DNA of 64,000 nt from an uncultured Gammaproteobacteria bacterium (GTDB lineage: Bacteria > Patescibacteriota > Microgenomatia > Woykebacterales > RBG-16-39-9b). Under the pieces are notes generated by a model. It searched no databases and had not been told where the DNA came from. It saw only the letters and a program-made list of their open reading frames with translations. Below, piece after piece: positions 21,622 through 31,656 of this stretch. Both the position numbers and the translations under genes were made by a program. Where the stretch lies: contig CAYIWY010000001.1 of NCBI GenBank assembly GCA_964367355.1, positions 100,340 to 164,339 of the forward strand. The letters run 5' to 3'. Position 1 is the first letter of the stretch, and each line of letters starts with the position of its first letter.

Positions 21622-22077
21622 ATGAAAAAAGTAAAAGAAGTTGAAGTAATTGAAGAGGTAGAAACAAAAAAGAAAACTTTGAAGGAAAAAGATTATTTTA
21701 AAGGTGTTGGTCGAAGAAAAACTTCAGTTGCCAGGGTTTGGTTAAAACTAGAAAAGGGTCCAATAACTGTTAATGAAAAAAAGCTGGAGGATTATTTCGC
21801 TGGTTTAAAAAATGATAAACTTTTTGAAGAACCTTTCCGAGTTGTAAATCGTATTGGTCAAATGTCTGGTCAAATAAAAGTGAATGGTGGTGGTATTGCC
21901 TCCCAAGCTGGAGCAGTAATTCACGGTATTTCCAGAGCACTTCTACAGTACGACGAAACATTCAGATCAGCGCTATCTAAGAAAAAACTTCTGACCCGTG
22001 ACCCGAGAGCAAAGGAAAGAAGAAAATATGGATTTGCTGGTAAAGCACGGGCAAAAAAGCAATCTCCAAAGCGTTAA
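21622..22077 (+). CDS. rpsI: 30S ribosomal protein S9
   Basis: C-terminal ...AKKQSPKR. Confidence 0.93.
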   Translation: MKKVKEVEVIEEVETKKKTLKEKDYFKGVGRRKTSVARVWLKLEKGPITVNEKKLEDYFAGLKNDKLFEEPFRVVNRIGQMSGQIKVNGGGIASQAGAVIHGISRALLQYDETFRSALSKKKLLTRDPRAKERRKYGFAGKARAKKQSPKR

Positions 22078-23206
22078 AAACCTTTGGTTCAAAATACCCA
22101 AGGAAATAAGAGTAGTTTTACTAATATTTTTACTTTGGAAAATAATTCTGACCTTATTTGCTTACATTGCTGCAACCAAGTTGCCAACTTCTTTGCCAAA
22201 CATTTCCCATCCACAAAGTGAAATAGATCATCTTCTCTCCATTTGGTTCTACTGGGATGCTAAATGGTACTATTCGATTTCGACAGTCGGTTACTCCCCA
22301 AACAAGGACTTAGTCGTTTTCTTTCCCCTTCTTCCTTTTATCACCAGGTTTTTTGCAAATTTAATTAATTTCAATATTGCTTTGGTCGGACTAGTTTTAA
22401 ATAGTATTTTCAATCTCGTTGCAGTTATATTTATCTATAAATTAGCTAGGCTAGATTTTGATAAAAAGACTTCTTTGCGAGCTTTAATATATTTTCTGAT
22501 TTTTCCAACGGCAATCTTTCTCTTAGCATTTTATACTGAATCCTTGTTCCTAGCTCTTTCAATCCCAAGTTTGTACTACGCTAGAAAAGGAAATTTTGTC
22601 AAAGCTGCGATTTTTGCTATGTTTGCCTCAGCAACACGAATGCAAGGGATAGTCCTATTTTTACCTTTACTAACCGAGTACCTGGAGCAAAGGAAATTCA
22701 AATGGAAAAAAATAAAACTGGATGTTTTATGGTTTGGTTTGGTGCCAGTCGGACTTTTTTCTTATATGGCGTATTTAAAAGCGAACTTTGGTAACCCGAT
22801 CTTATTTTTAGAATATCAAAAAAATTGGGACAGAGTTTTTTTTGTAAGTAAACTTTTGCGTCCGGGGTTTTTGCTTCCTCTTTTCCAAAACCCAATCCCA
22901 GTATTATTTAAGTTTTTCTTAGCCCCAACAGTTCTAGTCACTATATTTTTTACTGGTCTTGGGGTTAAAGCTCTCTCGATTAGAAAATCCTACGGAGTTT
23001 ATGTACTTGTTAGCATCCTATTTTTTATTTCTTCCGGAACCTTTGATAGCGCGATTCGGTATTGTCTAGTTTTAGTTCCGGGTTTTTTTGTTCTGGCAAA
23101 ATTGGGTGAAGACAATCCTTTGGTGGAAAATCTAGTAATAGTAGTTTTTACTTTGTTTCTAGCACTATTTACTGGTTCCTACGTTAATGGTTATTGGGCG
23201 AATTAG
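22028..23206 (+). CDS. Polytopic membrane protein, GT-C-fold glycosyltransferase-like (mannosyltransferase-like). The start is uncertain and overlaps the rpsI 3' end.
   Basis: About 10 TM helices. The WFYWDAKWYYSIS ... GY ... FFPLLPF motif is typical of GT-C family membrane glycosyltransferases. No ATG/GTG/TTG start lies downstream of the rpsI stop ahead of the first TM helix. Confidence 0.5.
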   Translation: MDLLVKHGQKSNLQSVKNLWFKIPKEIRVVLLIFLLWKIILTLFAYIAATKLPTSLPNISHPQSEIDHLLSIWFYWDAKWYYSISTVGYSPNKDLVVFFPLLPFITRFFANLINFNIALVGLVLNSIFNLVAVIFIYKLARLDFDKKTSLRALIYFLIFPTAIFLLAFYTESLFLALSIPSLYYARKGNFVKAAIFAMFASATRMQGIVLFLPLLTEYLEQRKFKWKKIKLDVLWFGLVPVGLFSYMAYLKANFGNPILFLEYQKNWDRVFFVSKLLRPGFLLPLFQNPIPVLFKFFLAPTVLVTIFFTGLGVKALSIRKSYGVYVLVSILFFISSGTFDSAIRYCLVLVPGFFVLAKLGEDNPLVENLVIVVFTLFLALFTGSYVNGYWAN

Positions 23207-23406
23207 TATCTGTTTTTAAATATTGCCTGGTAGAAAAATAAACCACCAAGGAAAAGCGGTAATATTGCAAGGGTTCTGAAAAAATTTTTCCAAAACGGTA
23301 TCAATACAAGAAGACCAGTTATTATTAGTAAAATAATTGCCCAAACTAATGGACTCATTCGGCTGAGTTGGACTAAGGGGCTGTTGAATCTATTACCTTC
23401 GTACAT
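23203..23406 (-). CDS. Small 2-TM membrane protein, hypothetical
   Basis: ORF with two hydrophobic helices at the end of the glycolytic operon. Confidence 0.4.
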   Translation of the reverse strand: MYEGNRFNSPLVQLSRMSPLVWAIILLIITGLLVLIPFWKNFFRTLAILPLFLGGLFFYQAIFKNRY

Positions 23407-23408
23407 TT

Positions 23409-23828
23409 TTATTCAAAAGACTTTAATTTTAAATAGATTCGATAGAGTAAAAAGAAAACCAAGATGAAAATAGCTGTCCCGATATAACCGTTATTTATGA
23501 AATAGTAAAGAGCAAAGGGTATTGAGAGCAACGCAAGTAATAGGTAAGCTTGGGGATTGTCCGGGCTGTAACTTTCGGAACTGTGATTCCTTTTGCCAAA
23601 TTTTGGTTTTTCACCGGTGATTAAAGCAGTTAACATCGTGATTGTAATCATTAAACAAATAAACGGGAAGGCAAGCAGTAGTGTATCGCTAACAGAATGA
23701 GAATTGGAGTTTGAAAGAAACATTATATAAATAATTGAGAGAAACATGGTTAAGATTACGCTGTAACCTTGCCAAGTCAGAGGATACCAACCCCAGAAGG
23801 GGCTTACACCAAACCAAGGTTTTTTCAT
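23409..23828 (-). CDS. Membrane protein with 4 predicted TM helices, hypothetical
   Basis: Hydrophobic ORF adjacent to the dehydrogenase gene. Confidence 0.45.
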   Translation of the reverse strand: MKKPWFGVSPFWGWYPLTWQGYSVILTMFLSIIYIMFLSNSNSHSVSDTLLLAFPFICLMITITMLTALITGEKPKFGKRNHSSESYSPDNPQAYLLLALLSIPFALYYFINNGYIGTAIFILVFFLLYRIYLKLKSFE

Positions 23829-23848
23829 AAATTCATTATAACTTAAGT

Positions 23849-24826
23849 TTATTGCACAGATAAGATGTTCTCAGTTGTCGTGTTGAGAATTCTAGTTAAG
23901 GCTTCTCTCGAGTTGAAAGCATTGTGGGGAGTAATAATGACATTTTCCATATCGATTAGAACGTGATTTTCAATTATAGTCCGAAGATCTTTATCGTCGA
24001 GTTCTCTTTCTAAAATAAGTTGTTTTGCATTTTTTAAAGCAGTTTCTTCCTCGAGAACATCAAGGGCAACTCCGCCAAGTGTGCCATCTGCCAAAGCCTT
24101 AACTATAGCCTCGGTTTCAACAATTGATCCACGAGCCGTATTGATAAGTATCGCCCCCTTTTTAAAAAAGCCAATATTGTCATTATTAATTAGGTGATGA
24201 GTTGTTGGCAGATAAGGAACATGTAGGGTAACAATATCAGAAGTCCTCAAGAGTGTTTCCAGATTAACATATTGGAAATTTAATTTAGTTGAGAGCTCAT
24301 TATTCGGAAAAGCATCAAAAGCAATTACCTTCATTTCAAAACCACTGGCAATTTTGATAACATGTTGTCCAATATGACCAGTTCCGACTACCCCAAGAGT
24401 TTTTCCCAATAAATCAAAACCCTCAATTCCTTCCGAGGAAAAGCTACCCTTTTCTTTAACCTTATCGATCGCTTTAGAGATTTTGCGGGAAAGGTTCAAA
24501 AGTAGGGCGAAGGTATACTCTGCAACTGTATTTTCCCCATAAGTTGGAACGTTTTTAACGGAGATGTTTCTAGCTTTTGTTGCTTTTGGGTCAATATGGT
24601 CAATACCGGTTGTTCGAGTGGCAATTAGTTTGAGGTTTGGTAAGGCAGCTATTACACTGTTGTCAATCTTTGAGTCTGTAAAAATCGAGACAATATCAAA
24701 GTCACGTTCGTTCGGGAGGTTGTTTTTGTCTATGAATCCGGGATTAAAGACAAGTTGATGGCTTGGTAATTTTGCTTTTAAATATTCTACTTCCCAATTT
24801 TTTGTTTCAAAAAAGCCAATCTTCAT
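23849..24826 (-). CDS. D-isomer-specific 2-hydroxyacid dehydrogenase (D-lactate dehydrogenase-like)
   Basis: NAD-binding motif GVVGTGHIGQ and a catalytic R/E/H arrangement. Confidence 0.8.
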   Translation of the reverse strand: MKIGFFETKNWEVEYLKAKLPSHQLVFNPGFIDKNNLPNERDFDIVSIFTDSKIDNSVIAALPNLKLIATRTTGIDHIDPKATKARNISVKNVPTYGENTVAEYTFALLLNLSRKISKAIDKVKEKGSFSSEGIEGFDLLGKTLGVVGTGHIGQHVIKIASGFEMKVIAFDAFPNNELSTKLNFQYVNLETLLRTSDIVTLHVPYLPTTHHLINNDNIGFFKKGAILINTARGSIVETEAIVKALADGTLGGVALDVLEEETALKNAKQLILERELDDKDLRTIIENHVLIDMENVIITPHNAFNSREALTRILNTTTENILSVQ

Positions 24827-24830
24827 AGTC

Positions 24831-26054
24831 TTATTGTAACGACTTTTCTATCTCAATTAAACGAGTATATTTAACTAAACGCTGACTTTGCAAAGGCGAT
24901 CCAGCTTTTAAACCATCAGCACCGACTCCAAAAGCAAGATCAGCAATAAAAGAGTCGTTAGTTTCACCGCTGCGGTGGCTGACAATTGTTTTCCAACCGT
25001 AACTCTTTACTAATTTTACCGCATCTAAAGTTTCACTGACAGTTCCAATTTGGTTGGGTTTAATCAGAACCGCGTTGATGCAATCCTGCTCTTTTGCTTG
25101 TCTTATCCGTTTCACGTTGGTGACAGTTAAATCATCGCCAACCAACCAAACTTTATTTCCGATTTTACTATTCAAATTTGCCCAATCACCCCAAGACTCT
25201 TGATTAAAAGGATCCTCGATTGATAGAAGAGGGTATTTTTCCGAAAGAGCCTGATAAATGTTGGTTAACTCATCGATGTTCCAAGAGTGTTCCACCTGTC
25301 CGTTATTCCAAAAATAATCTTTTTGTTCTTTTCTCCAAAGAGATGAGGCGGCGGCATCCAAACCAAAGTAAAAACCATCTTTAATAACAATTTCTTTATT
25401 TAATATATCTTGAAAAGATTGGAAACCAATTTCCGGATTTTCCCCGGTGATGATGAAACCACCTTCATCACCATAATTTATAGTAAGACCTTTTTTTACC
25501 AAGTTTTCTTGCAAAATTTTAATGAAACTAAAAACTTTTTCTAAAGATGATTTTGGCGAGTTTTCCTTCGGAATCAAGAGATACTCCTGAAACGGTAGCG
25601 GAAAAAGAGATTTTGGAACATGAAGACCACCGTTGATTAAATTAAAAAAAAGAAGTGGAAATTTTCCTGGTGCGGTTTCAGCCAGCTGCGAAATGGTTGT
25701 ATAAACTTCTTGATGGTTAATTAGAGAATATAGACGGCAAAAAGCAATACTTAAAGACAGCATAACATTTACGCCCAGGGTCGCCTTATTTTCGGTCTGG
25801 TCAAGCTTAAGCAAAAAATTATCAAAGTCATTTTGATCGCTGTAACCCTTAGCTAAAATCTTGGGCATGATGTCGGAAATAATTTGTTTCGATTTTTCAA
25901 CAGTGTGACAAAAAGCTTCGTTTTCGCCTTTACTTTTTCCGCAGGGGACACTGGCTTTAGTCTCAAAATCCCCGGAAGAAAGAGCTGCCTCGATTGTTTT
26001 TTCACCACGAGAATCGGTGATAATAGCTGCATTAATGGAGTCAATTTTGATCAT
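24831..26054 (-). CDS. eno: Enolase (divergent)
   Basis: DSRGEKTIEAAL ... and SHRSGETNDSFIADLAFGVGADGLKAGSP motifs. Confidence 0.85.
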   Translation of the reverse strand: MIKIDSINAAIITDSRGEKTIEAALSSGDFETKASVPCGKSKGENEAFCHTVEKSKQIISDIMPKILAKGYSDQNDFDNFLLKLDQTENKATLGVNVMLSLSIAFCRLYSLINHQEVYTTISQLAETAPGKFPLLFFNLINGGLHVPKSLFPLPFQEYLLIPKENSPKSSLEKVFSFIKILQENLVKKGLTINYGDEGGFIITGENPEIGFQSFQDILNKEIVIKDGFYFGLDAAASSLWRKEQKDYFWNNGQVEHSWNIDELTNIYQALSEKYPLLSIEDPFNQESWGDWANLNSKIGNKVWLVGDDLTVTNVKRIRQAKEQDCINAVLIKPNQIGTVSETLDAVKLVKSYGWKTIVSHRSGETNDSFIADLAFGVGADGLKAGSPLQSQRLVKYTRLIEIEKSLQ

Positions 26055-28429
26055 TTACCTAAAGTTTTTTCGGTTTTTAGAATTGCTAGGGTTGTTTTCA
26101 AGACTGTATCGGGATTGAGGGAAATACTGCTAATACCTTTTTCAACCAAAAACTGGGCGAAGTCTTCATAATCACTTGGTGCTTGTCCACAAATACCAAT
26201 GTATTTTTGGTGCTTTTTAGCAACTTCGATAACTTGGCTAATTAAAGTTTTGACCGATTCATTACGTTCGTTGGCGATGTGAGAAAGCCCTGCATTGTCC
26301 CGGTCAATTCCTAAAGTTAGTTGAGTTAGGTCGTTGGAACCAATGCTGAAACCATCGAAAAGTTTGATAAACTCTTCAGCTTGAATGACATTGCTGGGAA
26401 TCTCGACCATCATGTAGATTTTCAAACCAGCCTGACCTTTTTCAAGGCCGTATTTTGCCATTGTTTCTAGGACCTGCTCACCTTCTTGTGGTGTTCGACA
26501 AAAAGGAACCATTACAATAACGTTTTCCAGACCCCAAGTTTCGCGGACTATTTTTATTGCAGCACATTCCAATCCAAATGCTTCTGAAAAACGAGTATCG
26601 TAGTAACGTGACGAGCCGCGCCAGCCGATCATTGGATTTTCTTCCTTCGGTTCGAAAGCTTTGCCGCCAAGAAGGGTGGCATATTCGTTGGTTTTAAAAT
26701 CGCTAAAACGGACAATAACTGGATTGGGATAGAAAGCCGTTCCAATTTGCGCAATTCCTGAAGCCAATTTTTGGGTGTAAAAATCTATTTTGTCTTTGTA
26801 ACCTTTGGTCAGTTTATCAATTTTATTTTTGAGTACATCGTCATCTAGTTTTTCGAAATTAATCAAAGCTTGGGGGTGAATTTTAATATGGGAAGCGATA
26901 ATAAATTCTTCGCGGGCGAGACCAACCCCATCGTTTGGTAGAAAAGAAGCTTCATAGGCTTCGTTGGGACTGCCAATATTAACCATAATATGAGTTTTGG
27001 GTTTTTCCAAATGTTGCAGCGGATAAGTTTCTATTTCCCAGTCAGTTTTTCCTTTCCAGACAAAACCGTCAGTGCCACTGGAGCAATCAACTGTTACGAA
27101 CTCTCCGTTGGAAATTTTTTCAGTGGCGTTTCCAGTGCCAACTATTGCCGGTATTCCCAGTTCTCTTGAGACAATCGCGGCGTGTGAAGTCCGTCCACCC
27201 TCATCAGTGACGATCGCAGCGGCGATCTTCATAATTGGTTCCCAATCCGGATCGGTCATTCTGGTGACCAGTACCTCGCCTTCCTGAAAAGTTTTGATTC
27301 CACTTGGGTCGTCGATTATCCTGGCTTTTCCCTCACCAATCTTTGTGCCGACAGCCGCACCTTTAGTAATCAACTCGGTAGTCTTTTTCATTTTGTAGTG
27401 CTTAATTTCTTTTACCTTTTTAGTCCCGTGAATTGTTTCCGGTCGTGCTTGAACAATGAAAAGTTTGCTAGATACACCGTCCTTGGCCCATTCAATATCC
27501 ATTGGTTTTTGGTAATGCTCTTCAATAATTACCCCCCATTTTGCCAAAGTTAATATTTCTTCATTAGTTAGAGTAAAGCTGTTTTGTTTTACTATTGTGG
27601 TTGACATTAATTTAGTTGCTTTGCTACCTTCGCCGTAAATTAAAGTTTTTTCTTTGCTACCCAGTACTTTTGAAATAATTGCCGGATAACCTTTTTTCAA
27701 ACCAACTTTAAAAATTTGGAATTCATCTGGAGTAATCTCGCCTTGGACAATCAGTTCACCCAACCCCCAAGTACTAGTTAAAACAACAACACCTTCGAAG
27801 CCAGTGTTGGGGTCCAGTGTAAACATGACACCGGAACTAGCTTTGTCAGAGCGGACCATTTTCTGTATTCCAACAGAGAGGTAAGTTTTTAAATGGTCAA
27901 AGCCTTGATCTTCACGATAAGAAATTGCACGATCAGTGAAAAGAGAAGCAAAACATTCCTTGACAGCTTTAAGTAAGTTCTCCTTCCCAACAATATTTAA
28001 GAATGAAGCTTGTTGTCCAGCAAAACTTGCTCCCGGCAAATCTTCGGCTGTGGCAGAAGATCGCACTGCAACATCAGTATTATCTGAGTCAAATTGCTTT
28101 GAAAGTGTTTGGTAAGATTCAAAAATTTCCGCTCCCATATCCTCTGGGATTTCTGCCGATCGGATTAGTTGTCTGATTTTTTGGCCGTGGTCTTGGAGAT
28201 TGGTAAGATCTTTGGTGGCTAAAGTTTTGAGGACGTCTCGTATTTTAGATTCCAAGCCGTTTACCTCCAAGAATTTCTGGTAGGCTTGGGCGGTGAGGGC
28301 GAAGCCATTGGGAATACTGACCCCTTCCCTAACTAAATTCGAATACATTTCTCCCAGAGAAGCGTTTTTCCCGCCAACTTTTGGGACATCAGCAATTGCG
28401 AGGTCTTTAAACCAAATAATGTTTGACAT
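26051..28429 (-). CDS. ppsA: Phosphoenolpyruvate synthase (pyruvate, water dikinase), 792 aa
   Basis: Phosphohistidine domain GGRTSHAAIVSRELGIPAIVG. The PEP-utilising C-terminal domain is present and the length matches PpsA. Confidence 0.85.
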   Translation of the reverse strand: MSNIIWFKDLAIADVPKVGGKNASLGEMYSNLVREGVSIPNGFALTAQAYQKFLEVNGLESKIRDVLKTLATKDLTNLQDHGQKIRQLIRSAEIPEDMGAEIFESYQTLSKQFDSDNTDVAVRSSATAEDLPGASFAGQQASFLNIVGKENLLKAVKECFASLFTDRAISYREDQGFDHLKTYLSVGIQKMVRSDKASSGVMFTLDPNTGFEGVVVLTSTWGLGELIVQGEITPDEFQIFKVGLKKGYPAIISKVLGSKEKTLIYGEGSKATKLMSTTIVKQNSFTLTNEEILTLAKWGVIIEEHYQKPMDIEWAKDGVSSKLFIVQARPETIHGTKKVKEIKHYKMKKTTELITKGAAVGTKIGEGKARIIDDPSGIKTFQEGEVLVTRMTDPDWEPIMKIAAAIVTDEGGRTSHAAIVSRELGIPAIVGTGNATEKISNGEFVTVDCSSGTDGFVWKGKTDWEIETYPLQHLEKPKTHIMVNIGSPNEAYEASFLPNDGVGLAREEFIIASHIKIHPQALINFEKLDDDVLKNKIDKLTKGYKDKIDFYTQKLASGIAQIGTAFYPNPVIVRFSDFKTNEYATLLGGKAFEPKEENPMIGWRGSSRYYDTRFSEAFGLECAAIKIVRETWGLENVIVMVPFCRTPQEGEQVLETMAKYGLEKGQAGLKIYMMVEIPSNVIQAEEFIKLFDGFSIGSNDLTQLTLGIDRDNAGLSHIANERNESVKTLISQVIEVAKKHQKYIGICGQAPSDYEDFAQFLVEKGISSISLNPDTVLKTTLAILKTEKTLGK

Positions 28430-28483
28430 TTTGCGAAAAGTAAAGATTTCAACTATTATAGTATCAGATATACTTGACTTAAC

Positions 28484-29890
28484 CTAGACCTTATTTACCC
28501 AAACTAAATTGGTAGTTCCGCTACGACCGAAGGGTGCTCCAGCGCAAATTACAAAGGTTTCTTTTTTCTTAAGGGTTAAGAAGTTATTATTTTTAGCGAT
28601 TTTCCTAGCATCTAAAAGTAGACCATCAAAATCTCTTGTTGTTTTTATCAGTGAAGAATAAACTCCCCAAGTGAAATTTAAATTACGAATGGTCGCGGGT
28701 TCGGGAGAGCATGTAATTATCAACTGTTTTGGACGATGTCGGGAAATCAAACGAGCAGTATGACCACTTTGAGAAAAGACAATAATTAATTGCGAGTTGG
28801 TTCGATCGGCAATATCAACAGCAGAGGTACTGACAGCATCAGCAATAATATCGGAATCGGTAAAATCTTTTTTGGGAATTTTTGTTTCCGCTTCTTTGAT
28901 AATTTTTACCATCATTTTGACGGTTTCAACCGGGAACTTTCCGATTGCCGTTTCAGCTGAAAGCATAACCGCATCAGTTCCATCGAGAATTGCGTTGGCG
29001 ACATCAGTTACCTCAGCTCTGGTGGGGATATGACTATTGATCATTGATTCAAGCATTTGGGTGGCCGTGATTACAGGTTTGGATTTTCTTAAGCAAAGAT
29101 TAATTAAACTTTTTTGGATATGGGGAAGCTCGGCAAGTGGAACTGAAAATCCCAGGTCGCCGCGGGCGACCATCAGTCCATCAGAAACCTCCAAAATTTC
29201 TTCAGCTCTTTCCACTGCTTCTAAGGTTTCAATTTTGGCAATTAACATTAGCGGCTTTTTCGGTGGAAGAAGTTTTCTAACCTCCTCGATGTTTTTGCTG
29301 TTTTGAACAAACGAAACCGCGAGAGCATCGGCTCCCAGATCAGCCATCATTTTAATATCATTCTCGTCTTTTTCAGTTAGAGGAAAACGCATCGAAATAC
29401 CATGGGAGGAAAAACCCATCCGGTCGCGCAGTTCCCCGCCAACAATTATCTTGGTTACTACACCTTCAGGAATTTTTTCAATTACTTCAAGTTTTATCTC
29501 CCCGTCGCCGAGATAAATGTCATGTTTTTTTTCTAAATTTTTTATTATCGTCGGAAAATTAATTGAAATAGATTCAGCCGAGCCGTAAGTTTGTTTGGTT
29601 AAAATTTTGATTTTCTTACCCGCTTCGAGAGTTATTCCGGGGGCAACGGTGCCTATACGTATTTTTGGTCCAACCAAATCCCCCATTACAGCCAGTGGCT
29701 GACCAAGTATTTTTTCTGCTTGCCGAACCCTGTTTATTCGATCAAGAATCTCGTCCTTAACTGCATGGGAAAGGTTGATTCGAAAAACATTAACCCCAGA
29801 TCGTGCCAGCTCAAGAATCGTTTCACGAGAATCTGAAGCTGGACCAAGAGTTGCAATTATCCGCACGCGTTGGGTAGAAAGACTGGACAT
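28484..29890 (-). CDS. pyk: Pyruvate kinase
   Basis: VRIIATLGPAS ... MVARGDLG motifs. Confidence 0.9.
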   Translation of the reverse strand: MSSLSTQRVRIIATLGPASDSRETILELARSGVNVFRINLSHAVKDEILDRINRVRQAEKILGQPLAVMGDLVGPKIRIGTVAPGITLEAGKKIKILTKQTYGSAESISINFPTIIKNLEKKHDIYLGDGEIKLEVIEKIPEGVVTKIIVGGELRDRMGFSSHGISMRFPLTEKDENDIKMMADLGADALAVSFVQNSKNIEEVRKLLPPKKPLMLIAKIETLEAVERAEEILEVSDGLMVARGDLGFSVPLAELPHIQKSLINLCLRKSKPVITATQMLESMINSHIPTRAEVTDVANAILDGTDAVMLSAETAIGKFPVETVKMMVKIIKEAETKIPKKDFTDSDIIADAVSTSAVDIADRTNSQLIIVFSQSGHTARLISRHRPKQLIITCSPEPATIRNLNFTWGVYSSLIKTTRDFDGLLLDARKIAKNNNFLTLKKKETFVICAGAPFGRSGTTNLVWVNKV

Positions 29891-29985
29891 AACGGTTTAT
29901 ATCGTTAAGAAACTCATAGTTTTGCTAAACTATAGAATAGCAGAAATTTGGGTTGAATAACAGAGTAAGTGGTCAAAAATTAACT

Positions 29986-30891
29986 TCAATGGGCGATCTT
30001 TGACTTGTAAAAGAAATAACCAACAGTACCAAAGGTGATTACAGGAGAAAGCCAATGTGGGATATCAAATCCAAAACTATCTAAAATCATGATTATTCCT
30101 AGGAACAGTATTGAATACATAGCTCCGTTTTTCAGATACTTATAGCGTTTTATTCGCTCGATATTACTGACAGTTAATTTTCTTAAGACTAAGGCGCCTA
30201 GACCATTTCCAATTAGGATTAAAGGTACAAAAAAAGTAAATGCAAATGCTCCGATAACTCCGTCGATTGAAAAAGTGGAATCAAGCACTTCAAGATAAGC
30301 AATCTTGCTAATATCCGACATGTTTCTGCTGATCATTTTTTTCTCCTGTTCTTCAGCAAACTGTCTGAATCCGTGAATTATAAAAAAAGAAGTTGAACCA
30401 ACCACAGCGGCAAACCCTAACATAGTACTTTTTTGTAGTGCAAACCAAACAATTATAGTTAGTAAAATTGAGACAACAGCGAAGAACCAGGCCCCCTGTC
30501 TTTGAAAAAATCCTTCGCCCCTTAGGCCAAAGTTTTTTGGTTCTAAAAAGAGCCAGTTAAAAAATAAAAAGATAAGAAATACCCCGCCTCCAAGTAGTAA
30601 CAAAGGGGAAGACTGTTCGATCGCATCGACGATTTTTGGGTCGTTAGAGAAAGCAGCAGTAAGAACACCCATCGGTCCGATACTAGGGTTGGCAACCCAA
30701 ACGATCGCAAAAGGTAGTAAACCTCGAACAACAAAAACAGCGAAAAAGAACCCATAAAGCAGAAACCAACGACGGGCTTTTTGACTCATACCACCGAGAA
30801 CTTCGGCGTTGATGATTGCGTTATCAATGCTTGTAATAATCTCAAACAAAGACAGTCCGAGGACTGTCAATACTAAAAAGCCTATTTCCAT
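29986..30891 (-). CDS. Integral membrane protein, TerC/DUF475-like
   Basis: Polytopic protein with the SIDNAIINAEVL motif. Confidence 0.5.
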   Translation of the reverse strand: MEIGFLVLTVLGLSLFEIITSIDNAIINAEVLGGMSQKARRWFLLYGFFFAVFVVRGLLPFAIVWVANPSIGPMGVLTAAFSNDPKIVDAIEQSSPLLLLGGGVFLIFLFFNWLFLEPKNFGLRGEGFFQRQGAWFFAVVSILLTIIVWFALQKSTMLGFAAVVGSTSFFIIHGFRQFAEEQEKKMISRNMSDISKIAYLEVLDSTFSIDGVIGAFAFTFFVPLILIGNGLGALVLRKLTVSNIERIKRYKYLKNGAMYSILFLGIIMILDSFGFDIPHWLSPVITFGTVGYFFYKSKIAH

Positions 30892-31017
30892 TTCTGAATT
30901 TTAACACTAAATTACTAAAATTCCAGCAAGAAAAGTGCGGGTTCAACAACGAAGTTATACGATTTTCTTATTACTCTCAGGCTAATTTTAAAGTGATTCT
31001 GGAGTTTTTATGGTTAA

Positions 31018-31052
31018 AAAAGAGGCAACCTTTAGGTTGCCTCTTTTCCGTA
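31018..31052 (-). terminator. Rho-independent terminator; perfect 10-bp stem agaggcaacc / ggttgcctct
   Basis: On the minus strand the stem is followed by a U6 run. It lies downstream of the 31070..31540 gene. Confidence 0.75.
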
Positions 31053-31069
31053 GCAAATTAGTATACTTC

Positions 31070-31540
31070 TTAGACTAAACTTCTAAGAAAATCTAATACT
31101 TTGCTCAACACTTGGATTACTTGATCTAAAGGACCACTTATCTTAATCGAGGCACTTGGAGTAGCTGAGTGAGTTGCCGAGACAGTTGCTCCTAGGTGAT
31201 TGTTACCCTTAATACTTATTTTAATTTTTAACTGTTGGCTAGAGTTTTCCCTAATTGCAGCTGTTGCTACGGAACGATGCTCTTTACCTTCTAATTTTTC
31301 TTCGTTTTTGTCATCACCTTCGTCTTGATCGTTTTCCTTATGTCCTTGGTTAGAAACACTTGATGTTCCGTGGTTGTCTTTGGCAACTTCGCTTACTTCT
31401 CCTCCATGATTTCCTTGGTTGTCTTTGGCAATTACTGAAACCCTAGACCCATGATTGTCATTATGATCACCGTTTGCTAAAGCAGACACTGGAGCAGCTA
31501 ATAATAAAAGGGTTGGGAGAACTAAAAGTAATTTCTTCAT
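31070..31540 (-). CDS. Secreted His/Asn/Gly-rich repeat protein with a signal peptide
   Basis: MKKLLLVLPTLLLLAAPVSALA signal; repeated DN.GNHG motifs. Confidence 0.6.
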   Translation of the reverse strand: MKKLLLVLPTLLLLAAPVSALANGDHNDNHGSRVSVIAKDNQGNHGGEVSEVAKDNHGTSSVSNQGHKENDQDEGDDKNEEKLEGKEHRSVATAAIRENSSQQLKIKISIKGNNHLGATVSATHSATPSASIKISGPLDQVIQVLSKVLDFLRSLV

Positions 31541-31656
31541 TTTCTAAAAACTCCTTAAGGTTATTAAACAGGGGCTAAAATTGCCCTCTGCAAATGTATA
31601 ACGAAAAGCCAAGTAATCCGTTACATATTTTAGAGGGATGGTAGAATGAAGATTCT

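Noticed and set aside
30892-31017. yybP-ykoY (Mn) riboswitch in the leader of the TerC/DUF475-like membrane protein
   Set aside because: The conserved GGGGAGUAG and UUGAGAGACC elements are not recognisable on the minus strand.
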